Positions 36,668 through 48,600 of a stretch of 64,000 nt of DNA are shown here, one piece after another. Every line of letters starts with the position of its first letter. The first letter of the stretch is position 1. The notes beneath the pieces were generated by a model that searched no databases, had not been told where the DNA came from, and saw nothing but the letters and a program-made list of their open reading frames with translations. Made by a program: the position numbers and the translations under genes. Source of the stretch: Diadema antillarum (Eukaryota); contig NW_027272059.1 of assembly GCF_040938485.1 (NCBI RefSeq), positions 186,001-250,000 of the forward strand. The letters are read 5' to 3'.

Positions 36668-39600
36668 TCACACTTTACACAAGTCACAAATCCAGCTCCC
36701 TGTAAATTGAATTGAAAGATGACAAACGTGTCAAGAAATTGCCTCCACTTACATGGATGGAACAAGCACTGAATTGTAGCTGCCAACCCTGAAACTCAAG
36801 AGTGTAATACATCCCAGTTTTTAAAAGTGACCATCAACCTATTTGATCACCTCGTGACATAAGGGAGGGAGTATGCATTATGTGTATTAAAATATGCTAA
36901 GATGATATTACAGATATGTAATTCATGAAAAAAGAAGCAATTACAGACAAGACATACAGATACAATTTCACATGATTTGACATTTTTTGAAAAACACCAC
37001 AGGAAGTTGAGGACTTTTAATCTCCCAGTAACCAATATCTCAGTAAGATTAAGGTATATATCATAATATTATATCCCATATAGAAAGTTTTTACTTATAC
37101 ATATGACTTTTTATTTGAATGCCAGTGCTATCCCATTAAAAAAGTTCTTACCGGTACTCATATATATAACTTTTACTTGAATGCCAGTGCTATTTAGGTG
37201 ACCATGAGATGCTTATACAGGTGAACCCTGTTAAAAACAGATACTGTAAAAGTGGTTTCTTTCGCGTAAAGATACTTTCGCGGTATCCATCGGTGCCGAC
37301 TTTTTCGCCTGTGTTTAAATTCGCGGTCGGCAAAATCTGTGAATTCACAGTGGGCAAAAACTGTTTTATTTTGCACATGAAAACCCAATCTATAATCAAA
37401 TTATTCTTTTATTTATTAAATAAAAATTAGAATTAAATGCAGGCTTACCTAAAATCTTGTCTCTTGAGTACTTTATAACATGCTTGTACCTACATTGCGC
37501 GGCATCGCTGTGTGTGTGTTGACCATCAATACACTCTATGTGCGGAATCTTCGTGTGTGCATGTGCGCAATAGCACTGTAACAAGCGGCGAGCTCAAAAC
37601 ATTTCGCGTGATGTTAAATTCGCGGTTCAACCTCAAAGCGCGAAACGCGAAAATAAAACCACTTTTACAGTAGTCGGGACACAAAGAGTTTTCTTGCTAC
37701 ATAGAAATCTTGTTAAACTAGAAATGTCGCTATGGCGACTGATGCCTCCGCCATAATGCATGATTCCTCCCAATAGTTGTATAGTACAATGTCTTCACAA
37801 TGTATGATGACAGTTTCACATAACTGGCAAAATATTGATATGACAGGTTTGTCAGAAATGTCTTGAATGTTCACTTTCCTCAAACTGGGTTTGCTATAAT
37901 TGTCTGAGAGTGCAGGTACAAATATTTGGGAATTGAGGATTTTTACTTGACTTCTGACTGACCCTGTTATAAGTTTATGCATTAAGTAATTTTCAAGGTA
38001 TGAAGAAAGAGTGTAATTACAGTACAAAATAGATTTTTTGAATTCAAACCTGACCTTTGACCCTTAACCTTTGACCTTTGACCTTCTGGCTGGAAATTTC
38101 CCAGAGAATCTCCATTAGGTAATACATGTATATATATGAAGTTTTAAAACTAATAATGCAAGCATTGCAACTACTAGTATATGAGGGAAACGGTAAAATT
38201 TTGAGGAGTTGACCTTGACCTTTGAACCCTGACTATTGACCCATGACCCCTAAATTCCCTAGATAATCCCTGCCAGTCAGCACATGCATATGTACCAAGT
38301 TCCATGAAGATACATCGAACCATTTGCAAGAAAAGTGAAATTGCAACATTTTCACCTAACCTTTGACCTTATGACATGAAACTCTTCCTGGAGAATCTTT
38401 ACGCAGTAGTACATGTCTACACTGATTACCTTTGGGCATTGCATAGATATGGGGGAAATAGCAACATCTTTAGCACTTGACCTTGACCTTTTGACCTTTG
38501 ACCTCTTGCCAATGTCACTAAAATCTCCTTAACTAATTGCCCATCATACATCCTTGGACAAAGTTTGGTGAAAGCTGCTTCATCCAGTTTTGAGTTATCA
38601 CGTAAACAGATAAATTTTTGGATTTGACCTTGATCTTTGACCTTTGACCTCTGTCTGATTTCACTAAAAAAACTAATCATGTAATTGTCCCATCATACAT
38701 CATCCTCGGACAAAGTTTGGTGAAATTTGCTCGATCCAGTCTTGAGTTATCGCGTAAACGGATACAATTTCATGATTTGACCTTGACCTTTGACCTTTGG
38801 CCGATTTCACCCAAAATCTAATTAAGTAATTGCCCTATCATACTTTATACTTGGACCAAGTTTGGTAAAATTCCAGTCAATATTTCTCAAGTTATCACGT
38901 AAACGAATGCGGACAGACGGACGTACGGACGGACGGACGGACGGACAACCCGAAAACATAATGCCTCCGGCACCACTTCGTGGCGGAGGCATAAAAAAGA
39001 CAAAGTAAAAAAGAAGGGAACTGACAGAGTTACTGGTAAAGTCTGCTCTCATTAATGAAATCTTGTATCCTCATTCATTATAACGAGGTTCGCCTCTACT
39101 GACACTAAAACTGAGCTTACCTTCTGGTGGGGCAGACATGGGTGGCTTGAGGCAGTACATGTGATAGCCCCTGTCACAGTCATCACAGAACAGCAGCTGG
39201 TCCTAAATAGTAGATAAATGAAAACCAGAAATTAGTAGAGTATGACAGAGTGCTAGCAGTACCTAGGGAATAACACTTTTGTAATACATGAAGATTTTAT
39301 GCAGATTTCTGGAAAAAAATTACCCACTTCCTTTGCATTTGAATTCTGAGAAAATAGCTGTTTGCAAAATTATTCTGAAACATGCTTACACATTACTATT
39401 TTAATACCAATATAAAAATTGTGTATTCTAACCCCTAACAAACCTACAGCTGTTGCTGCTACAATCATCAACACATCAGCTGGCATAGTGTTGATCACAT
39501 ACAAGGTTACAGTGAAGCACATGCATCTGATTTTCATTTGGCAGTAAGTACAAGAATATCCAAACCTACTGTGCTTTAAACGATGTTGTCTTTAGTTTTT

Positions 39601-42600
39601 CTCTAAGGTGCAAATAACAATATATTTGAATCCCTGACCATTGGAAGCAAACAAGCACATTTTCCATTCTAGTGCTCCAAACCATGCCATTTTCAGTCTC
39701 CTGTGAGCTGTCTTCTAATGCCTAAATAAGTGTTTGCTTGTAGCACTTCATCTCGACTGGATTTCCAGTTTTGAATACTTTGGTGACGAGTGGGTGAGAG
39801 AAGTGAGCATGAGCAGTGAGGTGTGAGCACGATGCACGGAAGTCTTTATTCCCATGATATGGACACCCAGCCTGATGATGGACATGACAGGTACAACGGG
39901 AGGCGGAGTGAGAGCCGACAGTGACACCATGTGGCCCTGAGATACTCACATCATTGTCAGAAGTGCCACACAGTCCACATGACTTGCACTCAATGCACTG
40001 CCAGTGATAACCTTTGACCTTCTGAATCATGGTCTCCGTGAACTGAAGACAGGAGGGATGCCCTGTATGAGGTTAGCAAACAACAGTGGAAGACTTGAAA
40101 AGCTGCGCCATCTTTTATTCCTACAGGAAAATTACTAACACCAAAAAGAGTCTAGAGTAAGATGCAGCTTTCTTCTTTGACCATCAAGTGCACTTTAATG
40201 AATCAAATAACAGCAAAGCAATAGCGCGTACTGCATCTCAACAGGACTTAATTTGGTATTTTAACGGAAATCTGTGGATACAGGTTGTGGTTGTTTCAGG
40301 GCCATTTAAGGACATGACAAGGGTACTGTTATCCAACAGCATTCAACGATTTTGTGCAAAAAAGGGTGATTTTAAACTGGCACTAAACATGCATGCTCTA
40401 AACTTGGTGCTATTGCTGTTGCCATATTTATATTAAAAATGATAAAAACATATTTCTACGTGCCCATCATTCCTCTGCAATAACACAGCACTGACAAAAT
40501 ATGGCCAGGAATCCCTTACTCTCTAAACAGACATTGCTTCAAATTTGTGACACAATCAGCTCTTCGTCTACTGTGCAACACTAATGCATTGATTGCATCA
40601 CAAAGTGGCACCTGAATGGGCTCTAGAGGGCAGCAGAGTGAAGCAAGAGCAGACATGACTGGAAATGTGGACTGGAGCATTGTTGACAAGAGACTCAATC
40701 ATAGAGGGTATACAGAGAACGATGAATATAAAATGGCTAAATAACATGGACATACTTCATTGCATGACTTGTTAATTTCTCATACAACATCCATATCCAT
40801 ACTAGGAGATTATCACAGTGGCTCATGTCTAAAATGTACATATTTATCTGCAAATAATGACCATAATGGTAATCCCCTCACACATACATTGACTCATCAA
40901 ACTCACACGAGCTACACCAACATGTTTGTTTTATCATGTCAAGGATGTCTTTCATGCAGAACAGTGTGAATGATGCAATGTTTCATGTGACTTTTTTCAT
41001 GGAAGCATGGAATTATTTCTGTGTAGCATGTTTAAATTGCCTTAATATACCCATATCCTATACCACTTAATACGTACATAAGCCTCGGTCACAACCCATC
41101 GTGTGTGTTTTTAGTCTGTATGTTATTTGGGGAGGCTACAGCCACCACGTTTTTCTGAAAACATGGGGAAGGAGTGGCAAAAGCAGGAAGGGAGTACGTC
41201 ACACGCACGGTTGCGCACGGTGTAAGTAAGTGCCATAAGCAGACGCGTCCATCATACATTGCGCACGTGGTAGGAAAGTTGTACATGCTTACAACTTGCT
41301 TACAACATACGATTTCCATGCGACTGCCACGTTGTCGTACCGATAATGTACTTACTGGTGCTGTTCAAGTATGTTGTAAGTGCGTGCAAGTTGGCTGTAC
41401 AGAGCACGCGCGTCACCCGTACTGGGGGTGAATCTGTAGCCCGACCGCAGCTCGAACACAGCGAAAGTTCTGCATGCACTAAAAGTGCTATGTCGTGTCT
41501 GCATGCTCCAAAGTCCGCACTGAGGCGGTACTTACCATGTACGGATGCCCAAATTTTGCTCACGATTTTTTGTACGTAGACAGCATGCACTTGCAAGTAC
41601 AGCGGGTTGTGATCGAGGCTGTATTAAAGTGAATACATGTGGTATTAAACTACAAGCAATATAAAAGTTCTACAACGATGGACTGTATCTAGCTGCTTTT
41701 CAATTGTCATATTCTGCACTTTTATTTACATATTTAATACACAACTAAAACTACAGAAATTTTTTGTTCATATCTACAGATCAAATATGTGTATATTACT
41801 TGTTTTTTTTGTAATGCAGACATTAGTGAAAAGGCAAGTAAAAAGCAAGTTTATTAGTCTGCATTTGACAACGTATATTCTATAGTGCTGCCAACTTTTG
41901 CAATATAGGTGATATTTCATTCATGCCATAAATCATTCATTGTAGAAATCATGCAAATACATCCAGTTGCCATAGAACACCAAAAGATGAGATGGAAAGA
42001 TTACTGAGTGTGACAACATGACTGCATGTCTCATGAGCAACATTCGATGTATAAATACCGATATTGATAAAAATGAAGCACATTGCCAGGAATGGCTCAT
42101 ATTCTGTGGTCACCTGATCGGCCACAGTCTGAGCAGGAGATGAGGGGCTCTGGCATCATGGTCTTCTTGTTCTCTGAGGAATCACCCAGGCAGAAATCGC
42201 AGTAGTTGTTCGGCTCTGTCACCCCACTCTTGGCTCTGGGTTCGGCTATTGCAAGAAGGACGAGTGAAGTCATGAATCATCAAAGATTTTAAACTGGCTA
42301 AAGAATTTTGCTGTCCAGGGGAGAGTCATCAAAACGAACTCTTTTTGTTAGGCCTCCATTCCAACAGGTAATATGCAAAAACTAGAAATGTCGCTACGGC
42401 GACTGGTGTATGCCTCCGCAATAATGCATGGTTCTCCTAATAGGTCTATAGTGCAATGTCTTGACAATGTGTGATGACAGTTTCACACAATTGGCAAAAT
42501 ATTAAAATGACAGGTTTGCCACAAATGTGCTGAATGTTCACTTTCCTAGAATTAGGTTCAATTGGATGAATGATTAAAACGTCAGAGTGCAGGTATTTGG

Positions 42601-45600
42601 GGGAACTGATGATTTTTACTTGACTTTTGACCCTTTAATAAGTTTATGCACTGAGTAATTTTCAAGGTATTGAGAAAAGTATAATTTCAGTATCAAATGG
42701 TAAAATAGTATTATCTAAACCTGGCCTTCGACCTTTGACCTCACAGTTCCAAAGAGAATCACTGTTAGGTAGAACATGTATGTATGTAAGTTTCATGATA
42801 ATACCTTGAGTTACTTTTGAGATATGGAGGAAGTGCAATTTAGCACTTTCACTTGAACTTTGACCTTTTGACCTTTTGGCAAGAAACTTCCCACAGAATA
42901 TATATTGGGTTATACATGCATACATCAAGTTAAAAAAAAAAATTCTTCAGGCATTGCATAAATATAAGGAAAGTAGTGATATTTTGAGGAGTTGACCTTG
43001 ACCTTTGACCCCCTGACCTTTGACCCATGACCCCCAACTTCCCTAGATAATTACTGCCCATCGGTACATGCATATATACTAAGTTCCATGAAGATACCTT
43101 GAACCATTTGCGAGATCTGGAGAAAAACATGAAATTTCAACCTTTTTTTCACAAAATAACCTGTGACCTTTGACCTTTGACCCCGTGACCCTAAAATCCA
43201 AACAAAGTATTATCTCCCCAGGATATACCCTCATACCAAGTTTGATGCAAAACCACCTCACGGTTCTTGAGATATTGACAAAAACAAAACGGGACAGACG
43301 TACGTACGGACGGACGGACGACCCGAAAACATAATGCCTCCGGCCACTTCGTTGGCGGAGGCATAAATAAAACTGGTGTCATAAAAAAAGATCGGCTGAT
43401 ATTCCAAACAATACTGTTGGTATGTTACATTGTGTTCGTAAGAACAAGATTATAAGTAAACGCTTGTCTAATGTCAATAGAACGGACCTACATTTAACAG
43501 ACGAGGCTGACAATAATTAACCAATATGAATTCAACAAATCATAAGAATGACTACAGTTTGGTTTTGTATATGTAGCACTGAATGGAGGTGTATGAAAAC
43601 CTGGCAAGTTGGTTATTTCAATAATATTTTAATCTTCAAGCTGTTGAAATCATGCAACTGTCAGTAGTGGTATGCCAACAAACTTGTCCATGGAGATTTA
43701 CAACAACCACAGATGATGCTATGTGCAATATTCTTCTTATAAAGGTAATAAAATCATAGGTGCTCCTTTAGAGATATCCAGACTATGACCAAATGGCAAA
43801 TGCAATACATCAATGTGCACTGTATGTTTCTTTTCCATTAATCATGAAACCACTTTGAGAGGCTCCTTTTCCTTCGATAAAACATGAAATGAGGTAGGTG
43901 ATGAGCAGATTTCTGATCCTCTTTCTATTTGTGTAGCATCACTGAAAGTGAGTTAAAATAAAAAGAAAAAAATATGCATGCAAAAAAAGGAATGCAGATG
44001 ATATGGTAAGTTTGCTACTTGATTTCCATAGATGATAACATTATTTCTCGGGTGTTTTGTGAAACAAAGATATGGAGATGCCTTTCACAACCCACCCAAT
44101 ACATTGTCATGGATTCATGCATCACTGTATCCAGCTAAAGTTTTATCAATGTCTTCTGACTTATCCCTTTTTTTGTCTTTGCCCCAAAACTGAAATCTTA
44201 CAACCCATGCAAAGTCAATAAATCAAGTTCAATCTGTCAAAGCAATGAAACAAGACTCAGGGAAACTGTACTTCATTTGTAACCACCACTCCCAGAACAC
44301 TCTCAAATTCCTCACAGAAATAATATAAGGAGAAATACAAAAAAATAGTAAAATATCATTAAAAAAACCCTCTTTTTTTTCCGCAAGAAAGACTCCATCC
44401 TTTGGACTTCAAACACATTCACATGCATCTAAAACTGTTTGTTGGGTAAATGAAGGGCACTGGAAAGGTGAAATGTTAAGACGACAAGGTGCAACCACTT
44501 CAAGGACTTTTATTCCTTGTCATCGTGCCCTGCCCGGCTGTGACTTACGACTCTTTTCGTTCACGCTTGTCACAGCAATGGCAGCAAGGTCTGCTGCCTG
44601 TGGGTCCAAACTCTTCTTGAAGGGTGGTTGTGGTTGCTTACGTGGTTCAACGGGCTCCAGGGGGGAGGGCTGGGAGTGATCCTCCTCTATCGTCTGCTCT
44701 GGGGTCTTGTGAGAATGCTGCATGTGGTAGCTCAGCCCCTGCCGATTCTTGTACCGTTTCTTGCACACTGAAACCATAATGAAGAAAGAGAGAGGGCGAA
44801 AAAAAAAAATCAATATGCAGAGTTCTATTACAAATCACATTATCATATTTGCTGTCTGCATTCTTATTACTATTTGCCAATACTTTGCAAGTGCATGCGC
44901 ACTTACACATTGGTTGAAGCATGCAACAGCCTCAAATTTGATGTTTTCCACATCTTCTTAAAACACACTGCAGATTAATTGATTTTATGACTACACACAT
45001 TTTCAGTGGTATTCAGCTAAGACCAACTCTAGTAAGGTCTTGAATAAGATTGTTTCACCTGTTGAGTTCTTGTGGAAGCTATACACCTCACTTCATGTGA
45101 TCAAATGCCATACACATCTTTATCATTCAGTTGAAAAGTCTGAAAAACAAAGGCCTTGAAAAAGGAAAAAGGAGAGACAACTACTCCAGAATGCATGTGA
45201 CATGACCAAGTGGGGTAACCAATTTGTTAGCTTTCCTCTTTCCATGGTTTCTGGACTGACCTTCACATCCAAATGGCTTGTCCTCTGCTGTGAGTTGAGG
45301 CATATCTGCATCCTGTCCCCGAGACCGCCGCCCAGTGGTACCACGGCCCTGTGGAGTCATGCAAATTTTCATGACAGGACTGGTAGTAACTTCATAAGTA
45401 CTTGTGGCATTTCTGCTAATCTCAGTTTGACTTCAGTCTCAATCATACAGCACACGTAAAATGACCTCTCATTACGAACATGGTATTAATCATACATTGT
45501 TTTCACACTCCATCATGCTTGTTATTTGTACAAATTGTGTGCATTCATTATGTTGACATCTATACAGCTATACCTGGGACAAAATTCCTTACAAATTGTA

Positions 45601-48600
45601 TCATACATTAAAGTCTACAAAATCATATCTCCTCAACAACAAGAAAAGCCACATATCAGGAAACATGCTCAGGCAATCCAAAGAACGTTACAAGCCATGG
45701 GCTGTCCACCACTTATTTCAATTTCCTTCCTAAAAAGGAAACAAACCTTTTTCTGCTTCCTCTTTCTCGCAGACACTTCGTAGTCTTCGTCACTTTCTGA
45801 GTCAGCACGGTCGATCTCCCCAGCGTCTGGGATAGCATCCTCTGCCTCCAACTGCCTCAAGATGTCATCTGGCTCCTGGAAGGCTGGGTGGATGGTGATC
45901 CCATAGTGGCTGGGATCGTGTTCTGGATTCAGGGCTGTCTCAACAGCAACCTCTCCAGATAATTCACCTGCACAAACATAGACACACTTAGTTCATTCTT
46001 ACCAACTGTCATGTTTTGAAAGTTTCAAATAGTGTTTCAAACTTTTACATATCTGCAAGATTCAAATTTTTTCTATCAAAATGCATTCATCAATTGCAAT
46101 TAACCTCCTTTAAACACAAAATGTTGCTGTACTTCAGACATTCATTTTAAGTTACATTTGCATAAGGAACATTGATAATAATTTTCGTTAACATGATTAT
46201 TGCTTTCAAAATTGAGATTATGATCCACAGACCATTGTATTACAGTAAACAAAGTTCAGCTTTACATACTAAGGTCAGCTCCAAGGGCTTCAGCAAGAAT
46301 CCTGTTCTCAGCCACCTCAAGAGACACGGGTTGGTGCATCTTGCGCTTCTTCCTCCACCTGCGGGAGGGGTAGGTGTAGAGCTGGCCGGCATCTTGGCCT
46401 TGTCCACGATGCCGCTTCTGGAACCAGAGGTAGCTGTTATTTTGGGCCACTCCAGTCTGTGAGTCTAGGAAGGGTAGCCTCAGCTTGCGCTCTGCCATCA
46501 TTCGTGAGTTGAAATTGGATGCATTCTCCAGAGCCTCTTTGTAGAACTGCTCAAAGTCAGTGCTAAGTCCAAATAAAAACATTTAAAAACAAAAACTGTA
46601 TTATAAGACACTACATTGATGGTAAGGTGTTCACCTATTTTTTAAAAAAAAGTCCCTCTTTCTGTTTCCTATCCTAATTTTACTTATAACATCTTCACTG
46701 TTTTCTTAAAGACAAAAAATCATATTAAAATTGAAGTCTCCGACAATACCATCTCTCAATACATCCATGTCATGTACCTCCCAGTCTACACACTTGCTAT
46801 TGTGACAAAGTATACTGCGCAAAATAATTGAATATCCAGGCAGAAATCAACACTTCCTGTACCGGTCATCAAATGTGGTTCAAATTTACATGCGTGGTTC
46901 AATATGATGTATTTAGTTTTCGACAATGTCTGGACTATCATATGACCATCTTCTACGATTTTGAGTTGACACACTTTTGTTTTCTAAAACTTCTACTCAA
47001 ACATGAGATGTCTCCCTAGCTCAAATGCCTTCTCTCTAGTTCCCATCTATTTTTATAAATTTTAGAAATCTAGTGGCAGAATATTTATGTTTCTTTTGTG
47101 TGAAGCTAAAGACAAAATGCAAGATAAAAAACCTCCGCTGAGGTTCGATCTCCCGTGCCAAAATTTGAAAACACTCAAAAGCATAGCCACTAGGTTTTAC
47201 AGGATGTTGCAGGCAGTCAAATTTGGGAGGATTATGGGCAGCTTGCTTTAAACAGAACTTGTTAGTTTTATGAACTTGCTAAGATGTAAATGATAAATGC
47301 AAGCTATGCTATACAATTGTATGGGCAATAATTTTACATTAGTTTTTACACCGCTAACCAACACTTAAACAACCACACAGTGATACTTTAATTTGCATGT
47401 TGTTCTGTATACTTTGATTACCGTTCTGTTTGTAACACCTACATTGTATGGGTGCTAGGGTACTTTCGCACCTCGTCAATTGATCTCCAAACATTCCCAA
47501 ACTTAAATATTTGCATCGGAGTGAGACCCAAGTCCAGGAGATATGGAATTTTCGCTGTTTTGACACTTTTACACTTGTCAGAATATGATCGCAGCTGGTT
47601 CACTCTTCGACAACTGCTTTGCACAGGAGCAGACGGCGGAACACGGTTTACAAAACATGTTCATTGCACAACAGCAAGTGCAGCGATTGATCTGAATGGA
47701 CATAGCGATCTCATCTAATAGTGATTACAACAAGTACTTCTATGGTATCTTTAAAAAGATAAACCTGATTTTCCACCATTCCCTCAGCTTGTACCGAGCC
47801 TTGTGGCAGCGATTGCTGAGGTTTGGGGTTGTTGTTCTTGTCGTGTGTGAATGAAAGAAGATTGTGAAAAATGTGGTTATAAGACAAGGGTGAAGTATAA
47901 GAGAAAAGTTATGAAAAGGGGGAAGGAAATGAATGAAAAAATGCAAAAAAGGTAAACCTGGAAAAAATGGAACAAAAGGTTTACAAAATAAAAAGTACAT
48001 TTCAAAAATATAAACAACAGATAATGGAAGGAAAGAACAAAGAAAAACTTGCATTATAAAGGAAAACAAGGGAGAGAATGATATCTTTGAAAAGCATAGT
48101 GGAAAGCAAAGAAGAATTAAAGATAGAAAACAAAAAACATGATGTAGAATAATAGAATGAGAGATGAATCAAAACTGGACGAAAGCAAAGAGGAACTGGA
48201 AGGAAAGAAAGAATCATACAGGCTGAAAAGGAAATATAGAAAAGGATACATCACAAAGAAATATAAGAAAAATAAAGTGCCTATTGGAGAGTCCCTGAGA
48301 GAAAGAAAAGGTATATAGAGGGAAAGATAACTCATGAAGGTAACCAAGAACAGTTGGGCAGAAAGTAAGATTGAATAGGAAATCTATAGAGAAAGCTAGA
48401 CAAGAGGAAACCCACACAGAAATTATTAATGGGAAGGGAAGGGAAAGTTAGGAATAGGCCTACCTGAAATTGAAAGAAGAAAAGATAGAAAAGAAAAAAC
48501 ATATGAAAAAGTTTAACCTTGCCTAGGCCTAAGCCTGCACACACATGCACTCCACGGATCCACTGCTTTGTGTGAGAAGCTACAACTGCTACCGCAAGAC

